Source of the DNA: a virus
Reading direction: 5' to 3' (one strand)
Virus record (IMG/VR): IMGVR_UViG_3300042914_004291
Coordinates: 1-64,000 of that record
DNA length: 64,000 nt
Shown: positions 37,716 to 48,471 of the stretch, piece by piece
Layout of the letters: the number at the start of each line of letters is the position of its first letter
Position numbering within the stretch: position 1 is the stretch's first letter
Program-made: the position numbers and the translations under genes
The notes under the pieces: model-generated
What the model was told of the DNA's origin: nothing
The model's input: the letters and a program-made list of their open reading frames with translations, nothing else
Databases searched by the model: none

Positions 37716-39389
37716 TTGGCAAAGTTTAATGGCCGGGATACACTTGCCAGACAACAAACTATGCAAGATATCACAGACGCCTCAAGCAAGATTCTTCAAA
37801 AAAACCAAGGGAATGAGACTGACCTGTTGATTGCGGCTGTCGCAGCAAAAGCAACTGCGAAGTCTTCTTCGCAAACAACGAACATGTTTGAATCAAGCCT
37901 CACAAAGATCAAAGAAAAACAAATGACAACAGCCACCAAGCAAGAAAACGACCCGGCCAATCAAGAAGTTGAAACATCGGAGAAACCCGGTTTTGCATCG
38001 TTCGGCCGACCATTCCAGGAAAATGTGTGCGTCGCTCTTCTGACCGATCAGAACTGGGCAACGGGGTTCGCCGAGGTGTTCAACGTTGATGAATGCCTTG
38101 AAATGAGACACCTGAAGTACGTTTCAAAACAGTGGATCAAATACTACAAAACATACCGTGAGTGGCCAAGCCTCGACTTGCTCAAAACAATCATTGGCGA
38201 TGACTTGAAACACTCGGCCGACGTTGTACTCAAGGCACAGTCGATCAACTTCATTGACAAACACGTGATCGGCGCAACCTCTTTCAACGATCTACCTTGG
38301 GTCAAAGAAAGGGCGATGAGTTTCTGCCGCCAACAACTCATGAAGAAAGCTCTGAGTGAGTCGCTCGACTTGATTCAGAGTGAGAAATACGATCTGGTCG
38401 TCAAACGAATGAAAGAAGCTTTGTCTTCTGGGATGACCACGACAGTTGGCCACCTTTACAACTCAGAGCCAGAAATGCGTTACAGCAAGACATACAGAAA
38501 CATTGTCACAACTGGTATCGGTAAACTGAATGAGATTCTTCAAGGAGGTCTTGGTGGTGGCGAGATCGGTATCATCGTTGCTCCTACTTCTGTTGGCAAG
38601 TCGCACGTTTTGACACACCTGGGTTCTGCCGCGATCAGTGTAGGGCTTAACGTGTTTCACTATTCATTTGAGCTCTCAGAACGTTACGTTGGTGTGCGCT
38701 ATGACAGCAACCTAGTCGACATTGATAGCAATGAATGTCACGAGCACTTGGATGAAATCAAAGACTTCGTCGAGAAGAACAAAGACAATCTAGGTCAGCT
38801 TGTGATCAAAGAGTTTCCGCCGCGGTCAAAAACTGTTAACGACATCAGAATGCACATTGACAAGATGCTGATGAAGGGCATCCGTCCAAACCTGATCATT
38901 GTTGACTATGCCAGCTTGCTGCGCTCAACAGAGAAATCAGACCTCATGCGACATGAGATGCAGTTCGTGATCCAAGAGCTCAGAGCATTGGCCAAAGAAC
39001 TCAACGTGCCACTCTGGACAGCGCTCCAGGCAAACCGCAGCGGCGCCAAAGCAGAGTTTGTGGATATGACTGACCTATCCGAGAGCTACGGGCAAGCCGG
39101 TGAAGCCGACGTGATCCTTGGCCTCCAGAGAACAAAAGAACAAAAGCAGAGAGGTACGGGCAGTCTCTACATCGCAAAGAACAGACTAGGAACGGACGGT
39201 CACCACTGGCTTGTTAAACTAAACACCGCAAGATCCTTCATCCAGGTCATGACCGATGAAGAGCTGGATGCCGAGCAAGTTGAGCAAGAAGTCGTGAAGG
39301 AAAAAACAAAGATCGACAGCATGCATGCCTTCAAGGATTCGATGAAAGAAGTCAAGAAGCGCTATGGTCTGCAATCTCCAGCGTTCTGA
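37716..39389 (+). CDS. Replicative DnaB/gp41-like helicase
   Basis: GGLGGGEIGIIVAPTSVGKS, IIVDYA, LWTALQANR, IAKNRLG; the true start is probably a downstream ATG. Confidence 0.9.
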   Translation: MAKFNGRDTLARQQTMQDITDASSKILQKNQGNETDLLIAAVAAKATAKSSSQTTNMFESSLTKIKEKQMTTATKQENDPANQEVETSEKPGFASFGRPFQENVCVALLTDQNWATGFAEVFNVDECLEMRHLKYVSKQWIKYYKTYREWPSLDLLKTIIGDDLKHSADVVLKAQSINFIDKHVIGATSFNDLPWVKERAMSFCRQQLMKKALSESLDLIQSEKYDLVVKRMKEALSSGMTTTVGHLYNSEPEMRYSKTYRNIVTTGIGKLNEILQGGLGGGEIGIIVAPTSVGKSHVLTHLGSAAISVGLNVFHYSFELSERYVGVRYDSNLVDIDSNECHEHLDEIKDFVEKNKDNLGQLVIKEFPPRSKTVNDIRMHIDKMLMKGIRPNLIIVDYASLLRSTEKSDLMRHEMQFVIQELRALAKELNVPLWTALQANRSGAKAEFVDMTDLSESYGQAGEADVILGLQRTKEQKQRGTGSLYIAKNRLGTDGHHWLVKLNTARSFIQVMTDEELDAEQVEQEVVKEKTKIDSMHAFKDSMKEVKKRYGLQSPAF

Positions 39390-39461
39390 GCATGGTAGAG
39401 TCATTGCCTGTCAGTCAGTTATAGTAGCGATCAGTTTACTTACTCAGACTCAAAGAACATC

Positions 39462-40430
39462 ATGCTAACCGAAGGAAGACAAACATATAAACCGTTCTCA
39501 TACGACCCCGCCTACGACTTCTGGCTCAAGCAGCAGCAAGCACACTGGTTACCTTCCGAGGTCCAGATGAGCTCCGACATACAAGATTGGTCTGAGTCTG
39601 GGACTCTGACTGAAATAGAGAAGAATGTTGTTGGTGGTGTCCTGAAAGGCTTCATTCAAACAGAACTCGTGGTCAACGACTATTGGACCGGCCATGTTGC
39701 CAAATGGTTCCCGCACCCAGAGATCGTGATGATGGCAGGCGCCTTTGGTTCATTTGAAGGAATCCATACAATTGGATACGCTTTCTTGAATGACACCCTG
39801 GGACTCAAGGACTATGATGCATTCCTTGCCGAACCGACAGCCAAGGCGAAGATTGATAGATTGGTTGATATCAACGCCAAAGAAGCCAGCCGTGAAGACG
39901 TCGCCAAATCGCTTGCCGTGTTCTCTGGATTTGTTGAAGGAGTCTCGCTGTTCTCCAGCTTTGCTATCTTGTTCAACTTCTCAAGGTTCAATAAACTCAA
40001 AGGAGTTGGTCAGATCATTTCATGGTCAGTCAGAGATGAAAGTTTACATTCACAAGCTGGATGTTGGCTGTTCAGAGAATTCATCAAAGAAAATCCGGAC
40101 CTCTGGACAGATGAGCTCAAGAAATCGATTTATCAAGCTGCAAGAGACACAATTGCCTTGGAAGATGATTTCATTGACAATGTGTTCTCTGGTGGTGAGA
40201 TTGAGGGGATCACTGCATATGACGTGAAACAGTTCATCAGGTTCAGAGCAAACACCAAACTTGGTGAGTTGGGGTTGAAGATGAACTGGAAGAACATTGA
40301 CATGGAAGCACTGGAGAGGATGGCGTGGTTTGATTCAATGACGTCAGGTGTTGAACACACGGACTTCTTTGCGCAGAAGGTCACTGCATATTCCAAAGGA
40401 CATATGGATTTCTCAAAGATCTGGGATTGA
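39462..40430 (+). CDS. nrdB: Class Ia ribonucleotide reductase beta subunit
   Basis: HWLPSEV, FEGIH..GY, EGVSLFSSFA, VRDESLH, TDFF. Confidence 0.93.
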   Translation: MLTEGRQTYKPFSYDPAYDFWLKQQQAHWLPSEVQMSSDIQDWSESGTLTEIEKNVVGGVLKGFIQTELVVNDYWTGHVAKWFPHPEIVMMAGAFGSFEGIHTIGYAFLNDTLGLKDYDAFLAEPTAKAKIDRLVDINAKEASREDVAKSLAVFSGFVEGVSLFSSFAILFNFSRFNKLKGVGQIISWSVRDESLHSQAGCWLFREFIKENPDLWTDELKKSIYQAARDTIALEDDFIDNVFSGGEIEGITAYDVKQFIRFRANTKLGELGLKMNWKNIDMEALERMAWFDSMTSGVEHTDFFAQKVTAYSKGHMDFSKIWD

Positions 40431-40474
40431 TAGGTTGGTTGGCGGCGGAAAGATTGCACAAAGAGAACAAGACA

Positions 40475-42202
40475 GTGAAGAAAACATCAACAAAAACAGA
40501 CAAACTACAGCAGTTGAAACAAGCAGGAGAAGCGCCTGAGTGGATGACTGATGAAGGCTTCAAGACGCTGAGCGGAACGTATCTACTCCCAGGCGAATCT
40601 CCTAGGGATATGTGGATGCGGGTATCGACAAGCGTTGCAAACTATTTGAAAAAACCAGAGCTGCGCGCAAAGTTCTTCGATCTGCTATGGAGAAACTGGT
40701 TAGGGCTAGCTTCTCCGGTTGCAGCCAATTGCGGAACAGACAGAGGATTGCCAATCTCATGTTTCAGTACCTTCGTCCCAGACTCTATCGATGGGATCAT
40801 GGACAGGATGCATGAACTAGCAACAATGACAAAGAACGGTGGAGGTGTTGGTGTTCACTGGAACAAAGTGCGGCCAAGAAACTCTGTTATTCGTGGGAAT
40901 GGACGTTCTGAAGGCGTTGTTCCATTCATCAAGATTCAAGATTCCACAACTGTCGGCGTCAGCCAGGGTGGTGTGCGCAGAGGTGCTAGTGTTAGCTATT
41001 TGCCAATTGAACACGGTGATTTCTGGGAGTTTATCAAGATTCGCAGGCCAGAGGGAGATCAGAACAGACAATGCCAGAGTATTCATCATGGCGTCAATGT
41101 GTCTGACGAGTTCATGCAGTCACTCAAAGACGGCAACAAAGAGAACAGACTCAAATGGCAAGAGGTGCTGAAAACCAGAATGGAAACTGGAGAACCTTAT
41201 GTCTTCTTCACAGACACAGTGAGGAATTCACGTCCTGAGTCTTATGTGAAAAATGGCCTTGAAGTGCATGGATCGAATTTGTGCTCGGAGATACTCTTGG
41301 CAACAGATGAGGAACACTCATTTGTTTGTTGTTTGTCTTCTTTGAATCTTGCAAGGTGGGACGAATGGAAAGATACTGATGCTGTCGAGCTCTCAATCTG
41401 GTTTCTGGATGGTGTGCTTTCAGAGTTCATTGACAAAGCATCCAAGATTCATGGCATGGAACGTTCTGTGAGATCTGCTATTGCTGGGAGAGCTCTAGGT
41501 CTTGGCGTGTTTGGGTTTCACACATATCTCCAGGAGAATTCTATCGTCCTTGATAGTTTTGAGTGCTTTCAAATCAATGCGCAGATGTTTTCTGGTATCA
41601 AAAGAAAAGCAGAGAAGGCCACGCAAGATCTTGCCGCAGAGTATGGAGAGCCAGACTGGTGCAAAGGTCTGAACAGACGAAACACTCACCTGATCGCTTT
41701 GGCGCCCACCGTGAGCAATTCTCTGATCTCTGGCAACCTTTCACCAAGCATTGAGCCTTGGGCTGCAAATGTGTTCGTGCAGAAGAGCGCCAAAGGTACG
41801 ATCATCCAGAAGAACAAAACTCTAACAAAACTTCTAGAGTCATATGGCAAAAACAACGAAGCAACATGGAAAAGTATCGAGAAAGAGAAAGGAAGCGTCC
41901 AGCACCTGGATTTTCTCACGGATCATGAGAAGGAAGTGTTCTTGACGGCCAAGGAAATGAATCAGTTCGCTTTGGTTAAACTAGCCGCCCAAAGACAACG
42001 TTGGATCGACCAGGGCCAATCATTGAACCTGTTCTTTCCAGAGAACTCAGATCCAAAATATATTCATGATGTGCATGTGATGGCCCATGAAGAGGGCTTG
42101 AGGACTCTTTACTATCTCAGAACTAGCTCTGTGATCAGAGGCGATGCAGGTTCAAGAGAATATCGCCGCGAAAGCACTGAGTGCAAAGCCTGCGAAGGCT
42201 GA
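40475..42202 (+). CDS. nrdA: Class Ia ribonucleotide reductase alpha subunit (no ATP cone)
   Basis: LPISCF, GGGVG, QGGVRRGA, SNLCSEI, LAPT, DQGQSLN, LRTLYY, C-terminal CKACEG; probable GTG start at 40475. Confidence 0.93.
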   Translation: MKKTSTKTDKLQQLKQAGEAPEWMTDEGFKTLSGTYLLPGESPRDMWMRVSTSVANYLKKPELRAKFFDLLWRNWLGLASPVAANCGTDRGLPISCFSTFVPDSIDGIMDRMHELATMTKNGGGVGVHWNKVRPRNSVIRGNGRSEGVVPFIKIQDSTTVGVSQGGVRRGASVSYLPIEHGDFWEFIKIRRPEGDQNRQCQSIHHGVNVSDEFMQSLKDGNKENRLKWQEVLKTRMETGEPYVFFTDTVRNSRPESYVKNGLEVHGSNLCSEILLATDEEHSFVCCLSSLNLARWDEWKDTDAVELSIWFLDGVLSEFIDKASKIHGMERSVRSAIAGRALGLGVFGFHTYLQENSIVLDSFECFQINAQMFSGIKRKAEKATQDLAAEYGEPDWCKGLNRRNTHLIALAPTVSNSLISGNLSPSIEPWAANVFVQKSAKGTIIQKNKTLTKLLESYGKNNEATWKSIEKEKGSVQHLDFLTDHEKEVFLTAKEMNQFALVKLAAQRQRWIDQGQSLNLFFPENSDPKYIHDVHVMAHEEGLRTLYYLRTSSVIRGDAGSREYRRESTECKACEG

Positions 42203-42207
42203 TCTTA

Positions 42208-42804
42208 TCAATCGGCCGGGACTAGCTTCTTGTCCTTGATCAGCATCCCATCAACACGTCCAATCTTCTGATAGTCAAAACCCTTCAATAAACAGACTTT
42301 CTGAGTTTGAAATCCGCCAGTAACAGTTTGACTACAAACTTGGCCAACGATTTCAGTGAATAGCGCAGGCCATGCAGCCTTTGGAAACATCTTAAGGTGC
42401 TGGTTGTACGCGCTCAATTCGCCCTCCAGTGTGAATGGCTGACCGGCCAGGATATGGGTGAACCAGTCATGAACTGTACGGAATTTCCAATTCTCCTCCT
42501 CAGAAAAGAATGGATGATCACTGAAATCTTTCATGATTTTCAGGGTCTTTGTAGATCCGACCTCTTTGCGCATCTGGTCTGCATCGCTGTATGGATCACC
42601 GTTCACGAACTCAACTTTGACTTTCGATTGCAAGATCTTAAAATACCGTTCGCAAGCAGCTTTCATGGCTTCAAAGCTTGGAACTGCTTCTTCCTCATAG
42701 TCTGGCGCTTCCATGTATGCCTTTGCAACGAGTTTTGCATATTCGTCCCATGACACCAGTTCAAGTTTTTCGTTCAATTTAAGGATTCTGCTGAGTTTCA
42801 TCAC
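42208..42804 (-). CDS. Phage protein with HDxxxH motif and leader
   Basis: MKLSRILKLNE leader; DPY, HP, N.KFR.VHDWFTH...GE..AY..H...TE..GQ pattern suggests a metal-binding enzyme. Confidence 0.6.
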   Translation of the reverse strand: MMKLSRILKLNEKLELVSWDEYAKLVAKAYMEAPDYEEEAVPSFEAMKAACERYFKILQSKVKVEFVNGDPYSDADQMRKEVGSTKTLKIMKDFSDHPFFSEEENWKFRTVHDWFTHILAGQPFTLEGELSAYNQHLKMFPKAAWPALFTEIVGQVCSQTVTGGFQTQKVCLLKGFDYQKIGRVDGMLIKDKKLVPAD

Positions 42805-42819
42805 GGTTGGCTTTCTTCT

Positions 42820-44184
42820 TCAGAACGGCAGATTTCCTTGGCCTGCTGAGCTAGCGGCCAGGAGTTTGGCTTTTCTTTTCTTCTCTTGGTTTTGTTTCAC
42901 GACGTTCCTCATCCAGTCGGCACGTTTGTCTTGCAGCGCTGCTGCTGCAACGCTTGAATCTAGACGTTTGATCACATCTCTGAGTGTCATTGTTTCTTTG
43001 TCAATCCCAGCCCAGAGATCAGCATAGCCATCGACCAGTTTGCGCAGTGCTGCGATATAGTCTGGTTCGCCGCCAAGTTCTGATGCGGTTTGCTCTCTGA
43101 TTCCAAGCCAGATTGCTGCTTGCATTGCATGAGGAGAAATACCCGCCTCATCAGCCATCTGCGCAACTGCTTTAGCAATCTCTGCATATGCTCTTTCGTT
43201 GGATAGAAGGCTGATCTCATCTTTCTTGGTTTTGCCTGGATAGAATGCCCTGATCATCCAAGTGTCGACGACGACATTGAATGGGTTCTGATCAGTGCTA
43301 GCATACTCTGGGTCGAGTAGATTTAGTGCAAAGTTTGCAATCTTCAGCTTACGGAAAAACGGCGATCTTGCATCGAAGTTCGTGTTTGGAACTGTCAGGT
43401 CAATAGAGTTTGAGATCAGAGCGATCACAGTGTTCCTGTCGAGCCTGTTCGAGAACATCAGAGAGATTGCTTTTGCAATGTTGCCCATCTTTGCAGCGAT
43501 GTTGATGATTTTTGACTTCACAACAGTTTGATAGATGTGAAGTGATGCATACTCGGTCTGTTTGATGCCCTTCAGGTTCATGCCTATCGCTTTAGAGTCA
43601 GAAACGAATCTCTCAAGAAGATCGACATTCTCTCGCATGTCTGCCATGATCGCATTGAACATTGCGCCTGCTTCGATCAAGTTGCTATAGATTTCATTCT
43701 GCACAGAGGTTGCGGCTAGGAGCAGTGTGAACAGAGTTAGTTCCTGTTCATCCTCGAATCCTTCATGGAGTGTTTTTGCGGCATCGTAATACCAGTTCTC
43801 GCCGCGTTTACCTGCGATGTAAAACTTTCTTGCCAGCTCTAGAGCCTCCGGACTAATCGATACATCCTTGGTTGTTTTACCACCTCCACCGGCCGTGTTG
43901 ATTCTATCTATCGGATGAGTCTCGTCATCATCGATCACAATCTCCAGCAAAGAGGTGTTGTCATTTGACAAATGAGAAGCGTCATTCGCGTGTTTGATGA
44001 ATCCTTCTTCGCCAATTGGCCCAATCCCAATCTTGGCAAGGACCGCATTCACTTTCACAACACTTTCCGGATCTAAAACCAGCCCACCCCGCATTGATTG
44101 GATAGGCGTTGTCAACTGATTATCGACAGCTTGTTCTGCAAAAAGTATTGCACCTAGGATACTGGGGAGTTTGCGCGAAAACAT
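42820..44184 (-). CDS. HhH DNA-glycosylase-like fold protein with leader
   Basis: WY...LLAATS.QN...N, KIANF..NL, VVVDTWM, Y..IA.AV...A...G.SP..MQAAIW; leader ...GAILFAE. Confidence 0.5.
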   Translation of the reverse strand: MFSRKLPSILGAILFAEQAVDNQLTTPIQSMRGGLVLDPESVVKVNAVLAKIGIGPIGEEGFIKHANDASHLSNDNTSLLEIVIDDDETHPIDRINTAGGGGKTTKDVSISPEALELARKFYIAGKRGENWYYDAAKTLHEGFEDEQELTLFTLLLAATSVQNEIYSNLIEAGAMFNAIMADMRENVDLLERFVSDSKAIGMNLKGIKQTEYASLHIYQTVVKSKIINIAAKMGNIAKAISLMFSNRLDRNTVIALISNSIDLTVPNTNFDARSPFFRKLKIANFALNLLDPEYASTDQNPFNVVVDTWMIRAFYPGKTKKDEISLLSNERAYAEIAKAVAQMADEAGISPHAMQAAIWLGIREQTASELGGEPDYIAALRKLVDGYADLWAGIDKETMTLRDVIKRLDSSVAAAALQDKRADWMRNVVKQNQEKKRKAKLLAASSAGQGNLPF

Positions 44185-44192
44185 GTCAGTAA

Positions 44193-45029
44193 CTATGCAT
44201 GATACATTCGACTGAAAAAATCTGTCGCCGCCGAGCTTAGCTCCATGGCAAACTCGCTTTTCTTCAACTGGAATTTCCTCATGAGTTCTGAGCCTAAGAT
44301 CATACCCTCGTTCTTGAGCACCTTTATTGTCATTGGGTTGCTATGCTGCATTGAGTAAGCAAACAGCATTGGCAGATGTTTGAGTTCAATGAGCTGAGAC
44401 AGCTTTTTGAAGAAATCGTCTGTTGAAAGAATTGCGTTGGTGTTGCCATTACGACAATCAGCAATTCGTTGTTCAACAAGCGCCAATGCATCTAGTTTGT
44501 CTGAGTATTGTTTCACCAAATGATTTGCGGCCATATGAAGTCTGGAAAGTACAATTTCCTCACATGGCCAACGATAAAGTGATTCAATAGGAGTTTTGTT
44601 GACGTCGGAACGTTCATAAAACTTTACCCACAATGACATGGCCGCTGGGCTTGTTTTGGTGTCTGATGTGAGATACTTTGGTACTATCTCTGACATTGCT
44701 AGTTCATATAGAAGTGGCCCAAAATCGTCAATTGCGGCGGAATTTGTCACTCTGAAAGTTTTGCCGTCTTCATTGTCTTCAATATAAATAACCCCTTTGA
44801 TGGCATCAGTCACGTCCGTGAACCATTCGAACATGCTCATCCTAGGATCTGCCTTTGCCAGCGATGATCGAGCATCTTTTGTGTCAATCAGGACATATAG
44901 ATGCTGGCCATCAGGTCGGCTAGAAAAAATGGCATAGTCCATGGCAGCAGCATCATTCGCTGTTTTGGCTGATTCTTCGATGTCGACTGCATGTTCTTCG
45001 AACAAGAGCTTATAGAGTTGAGTTGTCAT
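44193..45029 (-). CDS. GNAT-like protein with leader (paralog 1)
   Basis: V.NSAA...FGPLLYELAM...LTSD..TSPAA..LW..F..RSDV; start at 45029 is ATGA-coupled; leader LYKLLFEE. Confidence 0.55.
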   Translation of the reverse strand: MTTQLYKLLFEEHAVDIEESAKTANDAAAMDYAIFSSRPDGQHLYVLIDTKDARSSLAKADPRMSMFEWFTDVTDAIKGVIYIEDNEDGKTFRVTNSAAIDDFGPLLYELAMSEIVPKYLTSDTKTSPAAMSLWVKFYERSDVNKTPIESLYRWPCEEIVLSRLHMAANHLVKQYSDKLDALALVEQRIADCRNGNTNAILSTDDFFKKLSQLIELKHLPMLFAYSMQHSNPMTIKVLKNEGMILGSELMRKFQLKKSEFAMELSSAATDFFSRMYHA

Positions 45030-45820
45030 CGTGCTCCATTCCAAACTGAGCTAAAGATCTGAGCTGCAAGGTTTGAAAGCGTGTCGATTGTTTCGTCTGG
45101 CGGATCTCCAAATTCCTTGATCGCCCATTTATTGGTTTTTGCGACAAGATCGCTATAGACACTGGCAGCAGAAGCACCAGGACGGAGTTTGTACAGATAG
45201 AACAAGCCAGGATGGTTCGCTTCTTTGAACAGCTCAAGAAGTTGTGGATCGTCCATGAACTGTTCCTGTGTCATTGGGCCGCGTGGGTTCGTTAAGAGCT
45301 GGTTTGGGAAATTTGCCAAACGGAAGCCAGAAGCACGCAGAGCGGCTATGATTGCTTGCTTTGAAATATTCCCAGCCCACTGATGTTCTATGTCCGGATT
45401 CACTCCTTCAAGGAACTTATCCCACACGCCCCTTGCTCTTTCTTCGACTGACATGTCAGAACCAAACCATTGTTCATCTCCAAGTCTTCTCTGAACGCTA
45501 GCCATCGCAAACTCATACATCAAAGGACCATATCCTGGCACCAAACTCAGAACAGCTTCAACTCTGCAAACGCCGTTCCTTGGATTGCCATATTGAATAT
45601 ATCCAATAAGTGATCGCCGCGAAATTTTGTAAGTCTCCGGATCTGACGAAGACCAGTTGATCAGATCCACCTCTAGCTGCATTCTATCGAACAACAACAA
45701 TGTCGATCCGGCGCCGGATGATTGCTCGAACAACAGATAATCGCCACCAGAAACATCAGGAGGACGTTTTGCCGCTTCATCGACAGGATAGATCAGCTCA
45801 GATAAAGAAACATTTTTCAC
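45026..45820 (-). CDS. GNAT-like protein with leader (paralog 2)
   Basis: GYGPLMYEFAM...GSD.SV...A..VW..F; leader VSLSELIYPVDE. Confidence 0.55.
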   Translation of the reverse strand: MKNVSLSELIYPVDEAAKRPPDVSGGDYLLFEQSSGAGSTLLLFDRMQLEVDLINWSSSDPETYKISRRSLIGYIQYGNPRNGVCRVEAVLSLVPGYGPLMYEFAMASVQRRLGDEQWFGSDMSVEERARGVWDKFLEGVNPDIEHQWAGNISKQAIIAALRASGFRLANFPNQLLTNPRGPMTQEQFMDDPQLLELFKEANHPGLFYLYKLRPGASAASVYSDLVAKTNKWAIKEFGDPPDETIDTLSNLAAQIFSSVWNGAR

Positions 45821-46242
45821 TGTACATCTCCAGGAATGGCTCTAAAACCTTTTCTGATGCCATTTCTCAGGCACCACCCAGCGGGAACCTCAACAACCGA
45901 TTTCACGTCACTAGAAAAAGCCACAGGCACCGTAGAGAGTGCTGTTAATCTTTTAAGTTCAACAACGTTCATGTCTCCATCGAAACCGATCGCGTCTAGA
46001 TCAAATGGCACATCTTTCATCCAGAGAGAATAAGAGGATTTTGAGTCTTTGAGCCATATTCCAGTTCCTTGAGGTGGCATTCTCTTCTGCCATCTGAACC
46101 CTGTCATTCTTGCAACCGGAGTGTTTGCTGTGTAGAGTTGGAGCGGTAGCTTGGTTATACCAGAATCTGATATGATTATCAGCTTGTCTGGGAAGGAGCT
46201 GAGATCTAATGGTTTGTTGGCTAGCTGTGGATCCAGGCGCAT
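45817..46242 (-). CDS. DUF192-family protein
   Basis: A.TP..R..G, WMKDVPFDLD..FD, VVEVPAGW. Confidence 0.75.
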   Translation of the reverse strand: MRLDPQLANKPLDLSSFPDKLIIISDSGITKLPLQLYTANTPVARMTGFRWQKRMPPQGTGIWLKDSKSSYSLWMKDVPFDLDAIGFDGDMNVVELKRLTALSTVPVAFSSDVKSVVEVPAGWCLRNGIRKGFRAIPGDVQ

Positions 46243-46272
46243 TACTATTTGCTCCTGATGTAACTAGAATTC

Positions 46273-46647
46273 ATGACTACGATGAAGAAATGGTGGAACG
46301 AGTTGTTTGGTGGCAAGAAAGGTTTCGCGGCAAAAACTATCAAGGTTCAAGACCTACAGCCAGGACAGTTGGTTTCAGTTGAACTGAACAGGGAACTCAT
46401 CAGAGGAATCAATCTCACAACAGAAGAGGGTTTGGCCTCAAGACTACCAGATGATATAAAATTCATCAGAGGGTTCGTGAAGAGGATCGACCAGATTAAG
46501 CCTCAAGGCAATTCAATCGGCCAGATCAATGTCCTAGAATTGTTGACAGCCATCAGGTTCAATCCTGCATCAGACTGTGCAACCAGACTTGAGATCTGTC
46601 TGCTTGAACATGAAACCAAATCAATCAGACTGATCATCGAAGCTTGA
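46273..46647 (+). CDS. Hypothetical protein
   Basis: 124-aa ORF at a strand switch. Confidence 0.55.
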   Translation: MTTMKKWWNELFGGKKGFAAKTIKVQDLQPGQLVSVELNRELIRGINLTTEEGLASRLPDDIKFIRGFVKRIDQIKPQGNSIGQINVLELLTAIRFNPASDCATRLEICLLEHETKSIRLIIEA

Positions 46648-46682
46648 CATATCCAAAACAATCCTAGATACTCAGAGAAAGT

Positions 46683-47585
46683 ATGCACGCAGATAAAATC
46701 TATAAAGAACTGGTTGAGGATATCCTTGCCAATGGAGAAGAAAGAGAAGACAGGACAGGAGTTGGCACGTTGTCCGTTTTCGGGCGTCAGTGCCGGTATG
46801 ACCTGAACGAAGGATTCCCAATCCTCACAACAAAGAAGGTGCATTTCAAATCGGTGGTCGGAGAACTTTTGTGGTTTCTTCGCGGCGATACCAATGTGAA
46901 ATGGCTGAATGACAATGGGATCACCATTTGGGACGAATGGGCTTCGAAAATAAATGAAGATGATACGGACGCTACAAGATATCGACTCGTTGATGGTAGG
47001 TTGAAACAAATTCCAGGGCGACATCTGAAAACGCGCGGGGATCTAGGTCCAATCTACGGGGCACAATGGCGAAGCTGGCATCAACACAGCCCGGACATTC
47101 TAATAACAACCAAAATTGACCAGATAAAGCAAGTCATTGATCAAATCAAAACAAATCCGACATCGCGAAGACTGATCGTTTCCGCATGGAATGTTGGAGA
47201 ACTTGAGCACATGGCACTCCAGCCCTGTCATACCATGTTTCAGTTCTACGTTTCGAAAGGCAAACTGTCATGTCAGTTGTATCAAAGAAGCTGTGACCTT
47301 GGGCTTGGTCAGCCGTTCAACGTTGCTTCATATGCTATTCTCACACATATGATCGCGCAAGTCTGTGATCTGGGAGTTGGAGAGTTTGTTCATACCTTTG
47401 GGGATGTGCATGTGTACAGGAACCACGTCGATAAACTCAAACAACAGCTTGAACGAAAACCACTCCCAGCTCCAAAACTTTGGCTAAACCCAGAGATCAA
47501 AGATATCGATTCGTTCACATTCGATGATATCAAACTAGAGAACTATCAACATCATCCTGGAATCAAGATGGAGGTGGCAGTATGA
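46683..47585 (+). CDS. thyA: Thymidylate synthase
   Basis: [59 protein letters not shown]. Confidence 0.96.
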   Translation: MHADKIYKELVEDILANGEEREDRTGVGTLSVFGRQCRYDLNEGFPILTTKKVHFKSVVGELLWFLRGDTNVKWLNDNGITIWDEWASKINEDDTDATRYRLVDGRLKQIPGRHLKTRGDLGPIYGAQWRSWHQHSPDILITTKIDQIKQVIDQIKTNPTSRRLIVSAWNVGELEHMALQPCHTMFQFYVSKGKLSCQLYQRSCDLGLGQPFNVASYAILTHMIAQVCDLGVGEFVHTFGDVHVYRNHVDKLKQQLERKPLPAPKLWLNPEIKDIDSFTFDDIKLENYQHHPGIKMEVAV

Positions 47586-47911
47586 AAACCAGCCAGACGC
47601 TGCAAGAGCTCATTGCGCTTCGGACACAGCTAAAGCTGACATTGAAGGAAGTTGAAAACTCCATAGCCAAATTTTCTTGTGTTGTAGAGCTAGACGACCA
47701 TGCAGCACTCACAGTTTTCTTCAAACAAAACAAAGAATTCTTCAGCGTGGGCGACAAAGTCTTGCTTAAGACAGCGCTTGGAGGTTCTCCGAATGTGGTC
47801 TTTGAATATAGAGGAACGCCCCATCACGGCGCATGTGCTTTCTTTGTCAGTATCACACCAGAATATGAGGGCAGCATGAATATCTGGCTGGATAGGATCC
47901 ATGTTCAATAA
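47582..47911 (+). CDS. Hypothetical protein
   Basis: ATGA-coupled to thyA; GGAGG upstream. Confidence 0.55.
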   Translation: MKTSQTLQELIALRTQLKLTLKEVENSIAKFSCVVELDDHAALTVFFKQNKEFFSVGDKVLLKTALGGSPNVVFEYRGTPHHGACAFFVSITPEYEGSMNIWLDRIHVQ

Positions 47912-47935
47912 AGAACAAGCTGAGCACATCAAGCC

Positions 47936-47964
47936 TTGACAACCAGCAGAACTCGTGCTAAGTG
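47936..47964 (+). promoter_or_regulatory. sigma70-type promoter, probably leaderless transcript
   Basis: TTGACA-N17-TAAGTG with TG extension; ATG at 47971. Confidence 0.55.
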
Positions 47965-47970
47965 TCATGC

Positions 47971-48471
47971 ATGAGCGAAAAAACCCAAGAGCAACCCGTC
48001 AAGAAACAATATCAGTTGTTTGCAAAACTTGACGGTCCAATTTCATACGACTACATCGCCGAAGATATCGAAAGGCTAGCCACGCCATGCTCGCCGGTAT
48101 TCGAGCTCACAGATGAAGAATATGCGCTGTATCATAACTGCGTACGTGACCGGTGGGATAATCGGCACAGGATTGTCTGTCTGTCAGACAACTGGGTCAG
48201 TGTGGAGGAGATCATGCAATTGATCGACCAGGAACGCTCCAAAATCGACGCGGAGAGCAAACGTTTGGCCGAGAAGCAGTCAAAGATGATTGCCGCGGCT
48301 GCAAAGAAAGAAGCAAAAAGACAAGCTTTTGCAGAACAGTGCTCTGGTGCAAACGGAAAAGTCAAATCGTCACCAGACAGCAAGAATGAAAAATTCGCAA
48401 AAAAAGTTGCGAAGATGAGAGAGCTTGCAGACCGATGCTCCATGTCTAGTAAAGGTTTTGTATCGCGGTGA
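47971..48471 (+). CDS. Hypothetical protein with basic coiled-coil tail
   Basis: ORF 47962-48471 with probable ATG at 47971. Confidence 0.6.
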   Translation: MSEKTQEQPVKKQYQLFAKLDGPISYDYIAEDIERLATPCSPVFELTDEEYALYHNCVRDRWDNRHRIVCLSDNWVSVEEIMQLIDQERSKIDAESKRLAEKQSKMIAAAAKKEAKRQAFAEQCSGANGKVKSSPDSKNEKFAKKVAKMRELADRCSMSSKGFVSR

